Assembly (NCBI GenBank): GCA_023137125.1
Contig: JAGLPW010000098.1
Coordinates: 13,751-77,750 of the forward strand
Source: Candidatus Cloacimonadota bacterium
GTDB taxonomy: Bacteria > Cloacimonadota > Cloacimonadia > Cloacimonadales > TCS61
Reading direction: 5' to 3'
DNA length: 64,000 bases
Position numbers and translations under genes: made by a program. A model generated the notes under the pieces. It was given only the letters and a program-made list of their open reading frames with translations. It was not told the DNA's origin and searched no databases. The first letter of the stretch is position 1. Every line of letters begins with the position of its first letter. Below, piece after piece: positions 10,601-19,800 of this stretch.

Positions 10601-11271
10601 TTTGCTGGTGCAGGGAATTCAGTTTCAACTGTAATTTTATCTGAAGCTAATGATTCATTAAATTCAGATTCAGCCCTTACTTGATAATAATATTTCTCAC
10701 CGACTATCAACCCTTCATCAACATAAATAGTTTCATCGACAGCAATTTTTCCTATTACCACATATTCTGTATCCTTACTTTTCCGTTCAATAATAAATCC
10801 GGTCTCAAAATCGCAGTTATCATGCCAGGTTATTGTTACAGATTGATCATTAATCGGTTTTACACTAAGATCTGATGGTTCGGGAAATATTGTGGAAATT
10901 GTGATCTCATCAGAAAAATCGGATTTTATTTCTTCATCGTAACATTGAACTTTATATGAATAATTAGTATTGAATGTTAGTTCCTCATCAACAAAAAAAG
11001 CTTTATTTGTCTCTAATCTACTGATCTCAGCAAATTCATCATCTCCTTTTTTCCTAAAAAGAATATATCCCGAAATATTCTTTTCTGAACTCTGCCAGCG
11101 TAGAGAAAGCGTATGATCATTTAATGGCTTAGCAGATAGGTTTGCTGGGCGTACAAGAATAGTGACCTCTGTACTAATGGAGTCTTCAGTTGATACAGCC
11201 TCATCAATTTCCTGGGCGAAAATGTTGCCAGCAAATATGATAACAAATACAAAGAATATCCACGTTTTCAC
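7684..11271 (-). CDS. Secreted protein with nine tandem FN3-like repeats followed by a right-handed parallel beta-helix domain; no T9SS CTD
   Basis: 1195 aa with a signal peptide. Nine repeats of about 95 aa (FPxPxxL...DDQSxxLxWxD...GFxIERK...YxYRV). PbH1-like repeats (GGGIYxxNSxP). Ends DMGAK immediately before the next gene's RBS. Confidence 0.75.
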   Translation of the reverse strand: MKTWIFFVFVIIFAGNIFAQEIDEAVSTEDSISTEVTILVRPANLSAKPLNDHTLSLRWQSSEKNISGYILFRKKGDDEFAEISRLETNKAFFVDEELTFNTNYSYKVQCYDEEIKSDFSDEITISTIFPEPSDLSVKPINDQSVTITWHDNCDFETGFIIERKSKDTEYVVIGKIAVDETIYVDEGLIVGEKYYYQVRAESEFNESLASDKITVETEFPAPANFKVIALDDQSVRLTWDDGYEYESGFKIERKTGNDEFEEIAIVDKNSRYFINIELEDGKTYIYIIKAFTEINESRPSASASAELLFPSPQQLYIDVLNDHSAKLYWEDRSTLAHEYILERKVNNEEYEIIIKLDKDERDYLDENMQLGDEYTYRIKALSKVNESEYSNEVGTKTGFPGPENLYSENIDDQSLKLYWEDNCSFETGYRLERKESGGEFEEIADLEPNTTHFLDSNLSFGTTYNYRVIAFTTASESAYSNILSAKTIFPEPTYLSVLILDDQSLKLSWMDNCTFDTGFKIERKKGKEDFVLIKELAASADSYLDEGLKYGTQYIYRIATVTKSNSSNYSSEIMAKTVFPGPSYLSSEILDDRTASIYWEDNCEFETGIKIERRAEDEEFKILVKLPANSTSYTDDNLKFEKTYYYRVQATTSVNNSDFSNVEYLNTIFPHPTNLSAEIVSAGKIKLNWNDNCYFEDGYKIERSQNDSDYRVIKSVKSNITEFIDKDLDYDVEYSYRIHAFTDMNISHNTNTVSEYYGLLVPSDFKISVIADRQVKLAWTDNSNIEEGFKIQRRTENADFKTIANISANSESYTDTDIDIHEKYYYRIYSYINRNNSPESKIYSAICHFGKLRVPEDHPTIQSAINFAVSGDVVIVQPGIYKENINFEGKNITVCSKFQETEDRSYITSTIIDGKSSGSVVNFESEETEEAKLIGFTIQNGTGNGSRGGGIFIYNATPTISDMIIKDNNAEKFGGGFYLYNSNSLIENVKIENNSSLGTKHGYGGGIYLSNSNPILNKLEIIDNKANEFGGGIYVYNSSPELTEIVIAGNEVIGTEYGYGGGIYTQYSTSYWHNLTIADNSAKFGGAIYCNSFSNPKISNSILWNNSPQEVCFHKFGKITMALSYSNIMNAEDGFKTNNNGSLFFKMGVINSDPKFKDAANRNYDLLEESPCIDTGDPAEEYNDADGSRNDMGAK

Positions 11272-11356
11272 ATTCCCCCCTTATTCATTGGAACTATCCA
11301 TAATTTATATTTAATATATTAATAAAATTCTTTTAATGTTTTTATATTTTTAGAAC

Positions 11357-11824
11357 TTATGTTGTCAATAAATTCTTAAGTTTGCTTTTCATGGCATCAT
11401 AATGTGAGCCGTTCCAATAAATCTTTCCGCATTTTTTACATATTTTGAAATCAGAGAAATTATTTCTAACATTTTCCGGGACTAAACCTTCAATTTTTTC
11501 TAATTGAACTTTCCGCAATTTGCTGTTACAATTCAAGCATCTTGAGAATAAAATAACATCCTCTAATTCAATTAAATCCTGCATCTCCAGTAACTGTTTA
11601 TCATATTTTTCTGTACGGATCAATATCCTAGAGAAATTCTCTTTTCTTTTAGAAATTTTATTACTTCTTGTTAGGAACACTCTACGTTCTTTGTTGCAGA
11701 GAGATATCTTTTTTTCTATACTTATGCTTTTGTAAACAGCAGCATCATAACCCAGCATTCGCAACCATTTTGCCAGCTTGCCTAAATTTTCATCTAATAG
11801 AAACTTCTTTCTGTTTTCTGCCAT
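11357..11824 (-). CDS. Mut7-C RNase domain (DUF82-type PIN-like plus zinc ribbon) protein
   Basis: 155 aa. FLLDENLGKLAKWLRMLGYDA at the N-terminus. C-terminal CLNCN...CKKCGKIYWNGSHY zinc ribbon. Confidence 0.7.
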   Translation of the reverse strand: MAENRKKFLLDENLGKLAKWLRMLGYDAAVYKSISIEKKISLCNKERRVFLTRSNKISKRKENFSRILIRTEKYDKQLLEMQDLIELEDVILFSRCLNCNSKLRKVQLEKIEGLVPENVRNNFSDFKICKKCGKIYWNGSHYDAMKSKLKNLLTT

Positions 11825-11829
11825 AAAAC

Positions 11830-12570
11830 TTAAAATCTACCTACTTCAAAGAATGTTTTTACTTCCTGTATATCTGTTTGTTTTGCCTCTTCTAATGTTC
11901 CATTAAATAGCAATCTCCCGTTATCGATAAAAATAATTCTGTCTGCAATACGGTGAATACTGGCAAGTTCATGTGTTACAATTACGATCGTCATATTAAG
12001 AAGATTTTTTAATTTCAGTATAAGCTCATCAAGAGATGCACTTGTTAGTGGATCAAGACCTGCAGAAGGCTCATCACAGATCAAGATATCAGGATCGAGT
12101 GCAATTGCTCTGGCAAGAGCAGCTCTTTTTTTCATTCCACCCGAAAGTTCTGCCGGAACCATATATGTTGCATAACTGAGATTAACCAGATCCAATTTTA
12201 CTTTTATCATTTTTTCTATCACATTTTTAGAAAGCCTTGTATGTTGTTCTAAGGGAATAGCTATATTATCAAAAATACTAAGAGAGTTAAGAAGTGCACC
12301 ATTTTGAAACAACATTCCAATTCTACTGAGAATATCATCAAATTCCTGTTCATCCATATTAGTTACTTCTTTATTAAAGATCTTCACCGATCCTGCAAAT
12401 GGCTGATAGAGTTTAAGTATATTCTTAATAAGAGTGGTTTTGCCACAACCACTGCCGCCCAGAATTACAGTTACTTCCTGAGGATAGATATCTAGAGAGA
12501 TATCTTCCAATATGGTCTCTTCACCATATTTTGCAACTAAATTATTAACCGATATTATTGGTTTTTTCAT
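11830..12570 (-). CDS. mlaF: ABC transporter ATP-binding protein, MlaF-like
   Basis: 246 aa. Walker A GGSGCGKTT, signature LSGGMKKR, Walker B ILICDEP. Overlaps the upstream permease gene by 4 nt. Confidence 0.85.
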   Translation of the reverse strand: MKKPIISVNNLVAKYGEETILEDISLDIYPQEVTVILGGSGCGKTTLIKNILKLYQPFAGSVKIFNKEVTNMDEQEFDDILSRIGMLFQNGALLNSLSIFDNIAIPLEQHTRLSKNVIEKMIKVKLDLVNLSYATYMVPAELSGGMKKRAALARAIALDPDILICDEPSAGLDPLTSASLDELILKLKNLLNMTIVIVTHELASIHRIADRIIFIDNGRLLFNGTLEEAKQTDIQEVKTFFEVGRF

Positions 12571-13640
12571 ATATTAAAATAGAAGATCAAACTATTGATC
12601 GCATCCAGTATAATTATCCAGAAGATCGAAGCAACAACCGCTTGTGTTGTAACTTTGCCAACACCTTCTGCGCCACCTTTCACATTAAATCCGTAGTAAC
12701 TTCCAATTATTACAATAACCCACGCAAAAAAGTAACTCTTTCCCAATCCGATAATCGCATCTCTTATAGTAACGACTTCGATCACTCGATTGATAAAAAC
12801 AGTTGCACTCAGATCAAGATATGTTACAGCTACGATCAATCCGCCAAATATTCCGATCAAGGTTGAAGCTGTAACTAAAAGCGGGATACAGATCGTGATG
12901 GCATGGAATTTGGGAACGACCACATATCTTATTGGATTTATCGCCATCATTTTTAATGCATCGATTTCTTCTGTAACCTGCATTGTAGCTATCTCTGAAG
13001 CAATTGATGAACCACTTCTACCTGCCAGGATTATTGCTGTGAGAATAGGACCCATTTCCGTGACCATCGATATTCCCATGAGATCTGCAACAAATATATT
13101 TGCACCAAATTGTCGCAATTGTGCAGCGGATTGCAAAGCTAGGATCAAACCAAGGATCATTGAAAGCAAGGCGATTATTCCAAGCGCATCCACTCCGATG
13201 AATAGAGCTTGTTGAATTACTGATCCTTTGCGTTGTCCCTTTTTATTAAAAATACCAACAAATGACCAATAGGAAATATCCGCGATCAAGTATATTCCAT
13301 CTTTTATTGATCTGAGAAAATCCACAGATCCCGATCCAAGTTGCGTGAAGAAATCTAATTTATTCTCTGTTTTAACATGTTTTAATTTTGTTGATGTAAA
13401 AGTATTATAGGCTATTCTTACCATTTCATTCATAGAAAGTGACTCATCAGGATTAAGCTCTAATTGTGACAGTATTTCATCTATAAAAGCTATGCCTGCA
13501 CTATCGATCTTTGTAACCTGCTGCAGATCAAGTGTGAAAATAGTTTGATTACTATATTTTGGAAATTCATCATACAAAGCAGGTACGGTGTGCTTTGTAA
13601 GCTCTCCATCAAAGAATAATGATTGTGCTCTATATTCCAT
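12567..13640 (-). CDS. mlaE: MlaE-type permease fused to an N-terminal STAS (MlaB-like) domain
   Basis: 357 aa. The first ~100 aa are STAS-like (TLDLQQVTKIDSAGIAFIDEI). The rest is the MlaE/YrbE permease pattern (ITAIILAGRSGSSIASEIATMQVTEEIDAL). Confidence 0.8.
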   Translation of the reverse strand: MEYRAQSLFFDGELTKHTVPALYDEFPKYSNQTIFTLDLQQVTKIDSAGIAFIDEILSQLELNPDESLSMNEMVRIAYNTFTSTKLKHVKTENKLDFFTQLGSGSVDFLRSIKDGIYLIADISYWSFVGIFNKKGQRKGSVIQQALFIGVDALGIIALLSMILGLILALQSAAQLRQFGANIFVADLMGISMVTEMGPILTAIILAGRSGSSIASEIATMQVTEEIDALKMMAINPIRYVVVPKFHAITICIPLLVTASTLIGIFGGLIVAVTYLDLSATVFINRVIEVVTIRDAIIGLGKSYFFAWVIVIIGSYYGFNVKGGAEGVGKVTTQAVVASIFWIIILDAINSLIFYFNI

Positions 13641-13641
13641 A

Positions 13642-15786
13642 CTATCTCAAGAAATATGTTACTCTTAAGAACAGACTGTGCTCTTTAACCAGATAGTCAA
13701 TTCCAGAATCTTTACTTAATTTTTCTAAATTAAATTTGTAGTCGAGTGAGATATGTTTGAACAAATTCAGATTAAAGGAATTTTCCCATTCAAATGTATA
13801 TTCATCGTTTTCATCAAATGGGAAATAGAAATCTGCATCTGTAGAATAAGTTAGGTTAAAAGGTAGTTGAAAATCACCGACAAGAGACAACTCTGTCCCA
13901 GTAGTATTTGTGGAGACTAATTCGAAGTATTTTCTATGTTCAACATCAGCAGTATCAATAAATGTTTCTGAATCATCATAAACGAAAACATCTTCAACGA
14001 AAGATTGTCTAATTCCAAAACCTGCTCTAAAACTCAAATTCGCTCTGGAAAGATTCAATATCCTATAATTAATACCAATTCCTTCTTTTAATTCTATTGG
14101 GTAAAATGATGGTTTTGTCTTTATCTCATCAGATAGTACACTATCTCCCAAGGCAACTCCATTTTCATCAAATTTTTGGTAATAGAATTCCTTAGAGCTA
14201 TATTGTGTTTCATCGAAGAAATGTGAATTAACATCAAATCTTCCATAAAATCCAAGATCTTTTACAAAATAGTATATTCCTGTATTTTTAAGATCGAATT
14301 CATCTGAAGCAAGCCTGAAATCTGTATCTGTTGTTTTTGAGATCCCAATTGAGATCCCAAGATCAATTACACTTTTCATATTATAAAAAAGTGGGTCTTT
14401 GTCATAAATTAGATAATTCTCCAATTGTGAGTTCATAGTTATGGTAGTTTGGGGATCATCTTCATTTAGTTCATTATCACTGTTCAAATTCCCATTGATA
14501 TGAATTGCGCTTGATAGTTTAAGTGACTCCATTGATGCTGCTAAAAAGCTTTCCTCTAGAATCCCAGCTCCTGCCATATTTGTTGGATTCCCCTCTTCAT
14601 CAGTCTCCATTACAATTGTCATTTTCTGAACACTGCCTTCTTCTATAAGAACTGTTGTGAAATCGGTGTAAGTGTTAAACGGTTCATTATTTATGGTTAT
14701 CTTATAATGTCCCGGTTTTAAAACCCAGACCTTTTCCTGCTCACCAAGTTCTACTTCTGCTGGAAATTCACTACCAAAACTCTCACCGTCTTCTAAACCA
14801 AATAACTCGTAAATCACTTTGGCAAAGTTTCTATTTTTATCAATAATTTGAACTATCAAACAGCCCCAATTGGGTTCTACTATTGTTTTATAGCGCGGGT
14901 GTACTTTAATGTTCTTCTTCGTCATTTTCTGATCTGTATTTCCAGATCCATATTCGATAGAATAGGTACCCTCCATCAATGGTAGGGCTTCCCCAATTTT
15001 GACGGATCTTTCGTAACCATATTTGTCATAGACTTTATAATATGGTTCATTCTCTGTTCTTGTGATTGCTGGAACTAGTAGAAGTCCTTTCCCGCTGTTA
15101 TCTTCTTCAGAATCAAGTATTTCAACCAGTGCTGGATCGATCTCTAAAGGGATATTTTCTTGTGCGATAAGTGCTTGTGGACCATAAGTATTATAAATGT
15201 TGATCTTTGCTGCGAATTTGTCGATCTCATCTAAAATGATATCGTTTATTGTTTGGGCAAAAGTATCAAAATCCTGTTTTAATAATACTCTTTCAACATT
15301 TGCCAAATGAATTATTAATGGTTTTTCCGTATCTTTTTTCCGATATGTAAAATCAATATTTAGTCTTGCTTGATAGAACGTTTCCGAAATATACATTTCA
15401 ATATTATTTATACTTGTATCAATAACATAATCTGGAGTGGAAGTAAATAACTCTCTTTGAGTATTTTTGAACATATTATAGCTATCAAATCGTTTTTTTA
15501 TCAAATTAGGAATTATTTTTGAAAGTTTTACACCCCAAAGATTATTGTCGGAATAGGTAATGCGCGGTCCAAAATGACGAACTACGATCTGTTTTCTATT
15601 ATATGTTCTTGGAACTTTTGTATCTTCGATGTAAACAGATTGGTCGAATGGTTCATCCAACCTGAGTTCATCTTTTTCGCTATGAGAATAATATTCAAGT
15701 ATGAAGTAGTTTCTGGGAACAATGTTTCTTGCCAAGCACCCAAATAAAAATATGATCGATAGACTTAGAACAATTATTTTTTTCAT
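13642..15786 (-). CDS. Large lipoprotein: N-terminal ABC-transport auxiliary-lipoprotein-like region plus a C-terminal beta-barrel-like region
   Basis: 714 aa. Lipobox LFGC. The C-terminal ~300 aa have alternating beta-strand patterns and end in ...LRVTYFLR. Embedded between mlaD and mlaE. Confidence 0.5.
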   Translation of the reverse strand: MKKIIVLSLSIIFLFGCLARNIVPRNYFILEYYSHSEKDELRLDEPFDQSVYIEDTKVPRTYNRKQIVVRHFGPRITYSDNNLWGVKLSKIIPNLIKKRFDSYNMFKNTQRELFTSTPDYVIDTSINNIEMYISETFYQARLNIDFTYRKKDTEKPLIIHLANVERVLLKQDFDTFAQTINDIILDEIDKFAAKINIYNTYGPQALIAQENIPLEIDPALVEILDSEEDNSGKGLLLVPAITRTENEPYYKVYDKYGYERSVKIGEALPLMEGTYSIEYGSGNTDQKMTKKNIKVHPRYKTIVEPNWGCLIVQIIDKNRNFAKVIYELFGLEDGESFGSEFPAEVELGEQEKVWVLKPGHYKITINNEPFNTYTDFTTVLIEEGSVQKMTIVMETDEEGNPTNMAGAGILEESFLAASMESLKLSSAIHINGNLNSDNELNEDDPQTTITMNSQLENYLIYDKDPLFYNMKSVIDLGISIGISKTTDTDFRLASDEFDLKNTGIYYFVKDLGFYGRFDVNSHFFDETQYSSKEFYYQKFDENGVALGDSVLSDEIKTKPSFYPIELKEGIGINYRILNLSRANLSFRAGFGIRQSFVEDVFVYDDSETFIDTADVEHRKYFELVSTNTTGTELSLVGDFQLPFNLTYSTDADFYFPFDENDEYTFEWENSFNLNLFKHISLDYKFNLEKLSKDSGIDYLVKEHSLFLRVTYFLR

Positions 15787-15799
15787 GTCGTATTCTCCC

Positions 15800-16729
15800 C
15801 TAATTCTTTGACCTTATTAGCAGTGATGGATCTTCACTGATCTGCCTGGAAAAATCGTTTAAATAGTCGATCGTTTCTTTCAGACTTTCAATCGTATCGA
15901 GCAGATCCTGCCTGCTTTCAAGATGAGTTGCATCGATGTGAGAAATTGCATTATTTGCATCAATTGTAAGTTTATGAATATCTGCCATGAGTTGTTTCAG
16001 ATCAGAATCTGCAAGCTCTGATGTTATCTTCTGAGTACTTGTAACAATCTTCTCAACTTGACCCGATCCCATGATCGCATCTAATCTTTCTAAAAGAGAT
16101 TTTGTATTCTCAGCTATCTGCTCAAAATCTTCTGTGATCGCTTCTAAACTTGAGACGGTATTAGAGATTGAGCTTTGATTTGCATCGATGATAGTATCTA
16201 CGTTCGCAATAATATTATTAAATCGTTTTGTGTTTTCTTCATTTGTAATGGTATTTAAATTATTAAGAAGTATTTCAAATTTATTGGCAAGTATCTCAGC
16301 CTTCCCTGAAATACTTTCAAGAGTAGATAATCCTGCCAAAATGAAAGAACCTGATTCTAACATCTCTGCTTCCTGTGTTCCACCAGTTATTTCAACTTGA
16401 ACCAAACCGGTAATTCCTATAGGGATCAATGAAGCTTTCATATCTCCCTTAATTGGTGTTCCCGATTTTACACTTGTAGTTACAATGATGTCAGTAATAT
16501 TCTCCGGGTCAATTGAGATATCATCAACTCTTCCAATTCCAATACCTCGATATTTCACCGGTCCTCCGATCTGAAGCCCTGTTACCGATGAATCTTTATA
16601 TCGAATATAATAAATATCACGTTTTTCCATGATCTTTGTACCAGCAACCATGATGAGAAACATGACCATTAAAACGGATATTACGGTAATAAAAATGCCT
16701 AATCTGAATTTTTGCGCTTTAGTTACCAT
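15800..16729 (-). CDS. mlaD: MlaD/MCE-domain protein with a long C-terminal helical region
   Basis: 309 aa. N-terminal TM segment, MCE core (GLQIGGPVKYRGIGIGRVDDISI), then a helical tail. Confidence 0.8.
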   Translation of the reverse strand: MVTKAQKFRLGIFITVISVLMVMFLIMVAGTKIMEKRDIYYIRYKDSSVTGLQIGGPVKYRGIGIGRVDDISIDPENITDIIVTTSVKSGTPIKGDMKASLIPIGITGLVQVEITGGTQEAEMLESGSFILAGLSTLESISGKAEILANKFEILLNNLNTITNEENTKRFNNIIANVDTIIDANQSSISNTVSSLEAITEDFEQIAENTKSLLERLDAIMGSGQVEKIVTSTQKITSELADSDLKQLMADIHKLTIDANNAISHIDATHLESRQDLLDTIESLKETIDYLNDFSRQISEDPSLLIRSKN

Positions 16730-16813
16730 CGATTTCTCCTTATTTATATACTTCTTAAGTAATAGAATATCTTGATGTCAAGTAAAATGCTTGTGTCAAT
16801 TGTTGAACTAGTT

Positions 16814-19800
16814 TTAAAAAATGATTTCTATCCAGATACTAAGACGGAACATTGACGAGGTTGTACCTCGCTTCTTATCTTTACTCCATTCATATTCACT
16901 GGTAAGTCCGGCGGTAATACTTTTACTAAATTTATAAGATGCACCTGGTGTAACACTGTATGATTCCCTATTAATTTCAGTAATTTTTTCTTCTTGGCCT
17001 TTTCTTGTTGTTTTCTCTTTTCCCATACTAAAAGCTACATCTGTTGTAAATTCATTCTTCATATTTGTTCGTTTAAAGAATAAAATTCTTACACCTTTGG
17101 GGTTTGAGAATGACCAAGATAAATTACCATTCATAGATTGAGTAACAGTATGCCTAATATCATCATAACTAACACGATGGCTAATGTTTTCTAGATCAGA
17201 ATAATTTAGAGAAAAACTGCTTGTAATATTATGAACCCAATTCCCATGCCAAGAAATTAATGGTGTTAGATTAACTCGTTTCGATTCTGTGTCAGCTGCA
17301 ATAAAATCGATATCGCCATCCAGAGTTTCCGAATAGACATAGCTGCTTGTAAGACGAGAACTTGTAAGTATTTTATCTGCTCTTATAAGTTTTTCAAATT
17401 CTGTTAGTGTTACAGAAACGTTTGGGAACGTTGTGGATCTTTTTTCAGTACTATTATTACTAATAGTTTTTATAATTTCTTTTGAGTAACCAAAATTTGC
17501 TGATAGATTCCTTATGATCGGGAAGCTGGCTGATGTTGAATAATTGTCGGAAACTACTTTTATAATTATTTCCTTATTTTCTCCCTCTTCACTAAGGATA
17601 TGTGGTAGGCCCAACTGATATAAAAAATTGGGACGTTCGAATCTGTCTTCATATGTTGTACGGTAAGCATTATCATATGAAACACGGATATTGCTTAATC
17701 CGCTTATATAGCTTACTATTGAAGCGAAAGGATTACTTTTGCGCTCCGGCATTGTCATTTGTTCTGCTTCCTGCACTGGTTCCTGCTGTCCATTTTCTTC
17801 ACCTTTTTCTAGATCTTCCGGTGAACCGTCTTTTAAATCTTCATCTCCATTTGAGTCACCTATTTCTCCATTCTCGAATTTTTCAAATTCATCCTTTGGA
17901 TCATCACCACCAAATGGTGTGCTAATCTCTCTTTGTTCAAAAAGTTCTTTCTCTTCTTCTATATGCTCTTGTGCTTGTTCCTGTTCAGGTTCGGATATTT
18001 CTTCTCCATCAACAGTTTCAGAGAACTTTTTATCAAGCCAACTGGCTAGATCTCGTAACATGTCCTGATTTTTCAAAGTAAAATCACCACCAATTCTCCT
18101 GTTAATACCACCTCTATAGTAAAGTGTGTCCTGCGTACCGGATTTCACATGATCATCATCATAGACAACTGAAGCATCTGCATTGAAACTGAATATGTTA
18201 TCAAGGTACTTTGGATCGAAACCGATAGCAATAGTTTGAGTTCTCTCCTTCTCCTCACCAATATTATATCCTTTCCAGTAATTTTTTAGCATAAGATCAC
18301 GTTTGGTGATCAGATCGTATGAAGTTGTAATATCACTAAAAATATCGTAATCTATACCAGAAGTTGTTTCAAATACACGAGTTTTAAATAAATTTGTATT
18401 TGTAACCCAATGTGGAATCGAATCTGTGTAAGTATCCCAACGCCAGGCAAGCGGATCAGTATTCCGTAAAGTTAATGAATTAGATATAGAGTGTGGGAAA
18501 AAATGAAACTTATAATTTGAAAATAATCCAATATCGATCTTCTCTTTGGGAATTGTGAAGTTATAATCATGTTTAAGTGTATATGATAATGTAGTATCAG
18601 CACGAGCAGCATTTGTAACAAACGTTTTCTGAATATTACCACTAAGAGTTGTGTTCTTTATTGTATATGCTAATATTTTGCTTTTGGGTGTTTTCGTTTG
18701 GGTTATTGACAGATCTGCACGATAGGACAGATTATTGTTTGTCTCGCGCTCTTTATCTTCATCCAAAAGATCTTCACGTAAAATATCGGAACCAGCTTTA
18801 AATCTTGGTATTCCAATAGAATGTGCCCTAGTTAAATTAAGTGGAATATTAAAGCCCCATTCTGCCGGCATAAATTTATTTAAATTTATTCTATTCGAGA
18901 TATCGAGATTTGTTTGCTGAATAAAAGACATATCTGTTGTTCTTCTAGCTGAAGATTGAAAATTCTCTGATCTATATTCCAGACCAATACTGAATGTGGA
19001 GAAATCTGCAAAATTGGTTGAAAAATTAACATCAGTGGCAAATCCAAAATCTTCATATGGGTCTGCCACCCTGATATCATCAAAATAAATTCTCCCAGAG
19101 AATTGATTTGATGCTTCTAAACCTAAAGACATTTCTCTAATATCAGACAAACTAGGATTTCCAACTTTTGAAAGTTTGATATCTCCGATATAATAAAATA
19201 CATCTTTTCTGCTATCCAGATTTTTTAATTGTGTGAATTTAGAGAACTCAATCTCAATTTCATTCCAACCATCTTCATTCATAACTGAACTATATTCTTG
19301 TAGGTCCAATGGTTGTTTGATCTCATAATAATTCACAGAATCGGCACCAAGACGAATTATCAGAGAATCTTGTTCCAGCGGAGAATAACCTTCTATAGGT
19401 TTCTCGGCATATACCCAATATCGAATTTTATTATAAGCAAGGAGATTATATGAATCTAAAAAATATTGAGTTACCAAACCATGTTTATCTATGTCCATAT
19501 TATTATAGTCAATGGTTAATGATTGCTCAAGCGTTGCTTCACCTTTCTCTTCGATAACGGTATGTGGGGCAGGTGTATAATGCTGACCCGATTGGTTATC
19601 AGCAATACCAACTTGCATAATTTCGGTATCATCTGTAGCAACAGTACCATCTTTGTTCTTGATAAATCCTTCTTCCCATTTATTACCAACTATATCTAAA
19701 TTTACAATTCTAACTCTAGTACTATCTTCAACTTCAAACCAGATACGTGAAAAACTAATCTTTTTGATATTGGGAACTTCATTTGCATTATCCGTTATAA

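Noticed and set aside
12790-13215. Antisense or alternative-frame ORFs inside long genes. Examples: 12790-13215, 17602-18068, 6386-6613, 7045-7335, 41244-41617, 55128-55559, 59217-59735, 57097-57428.
   Set aside because: Each lies wholly inside a longer ORF that has clear family motifs. They have low-complexity or hydrophobic shadow-frame composition, no RBS and no recognisable motifs.
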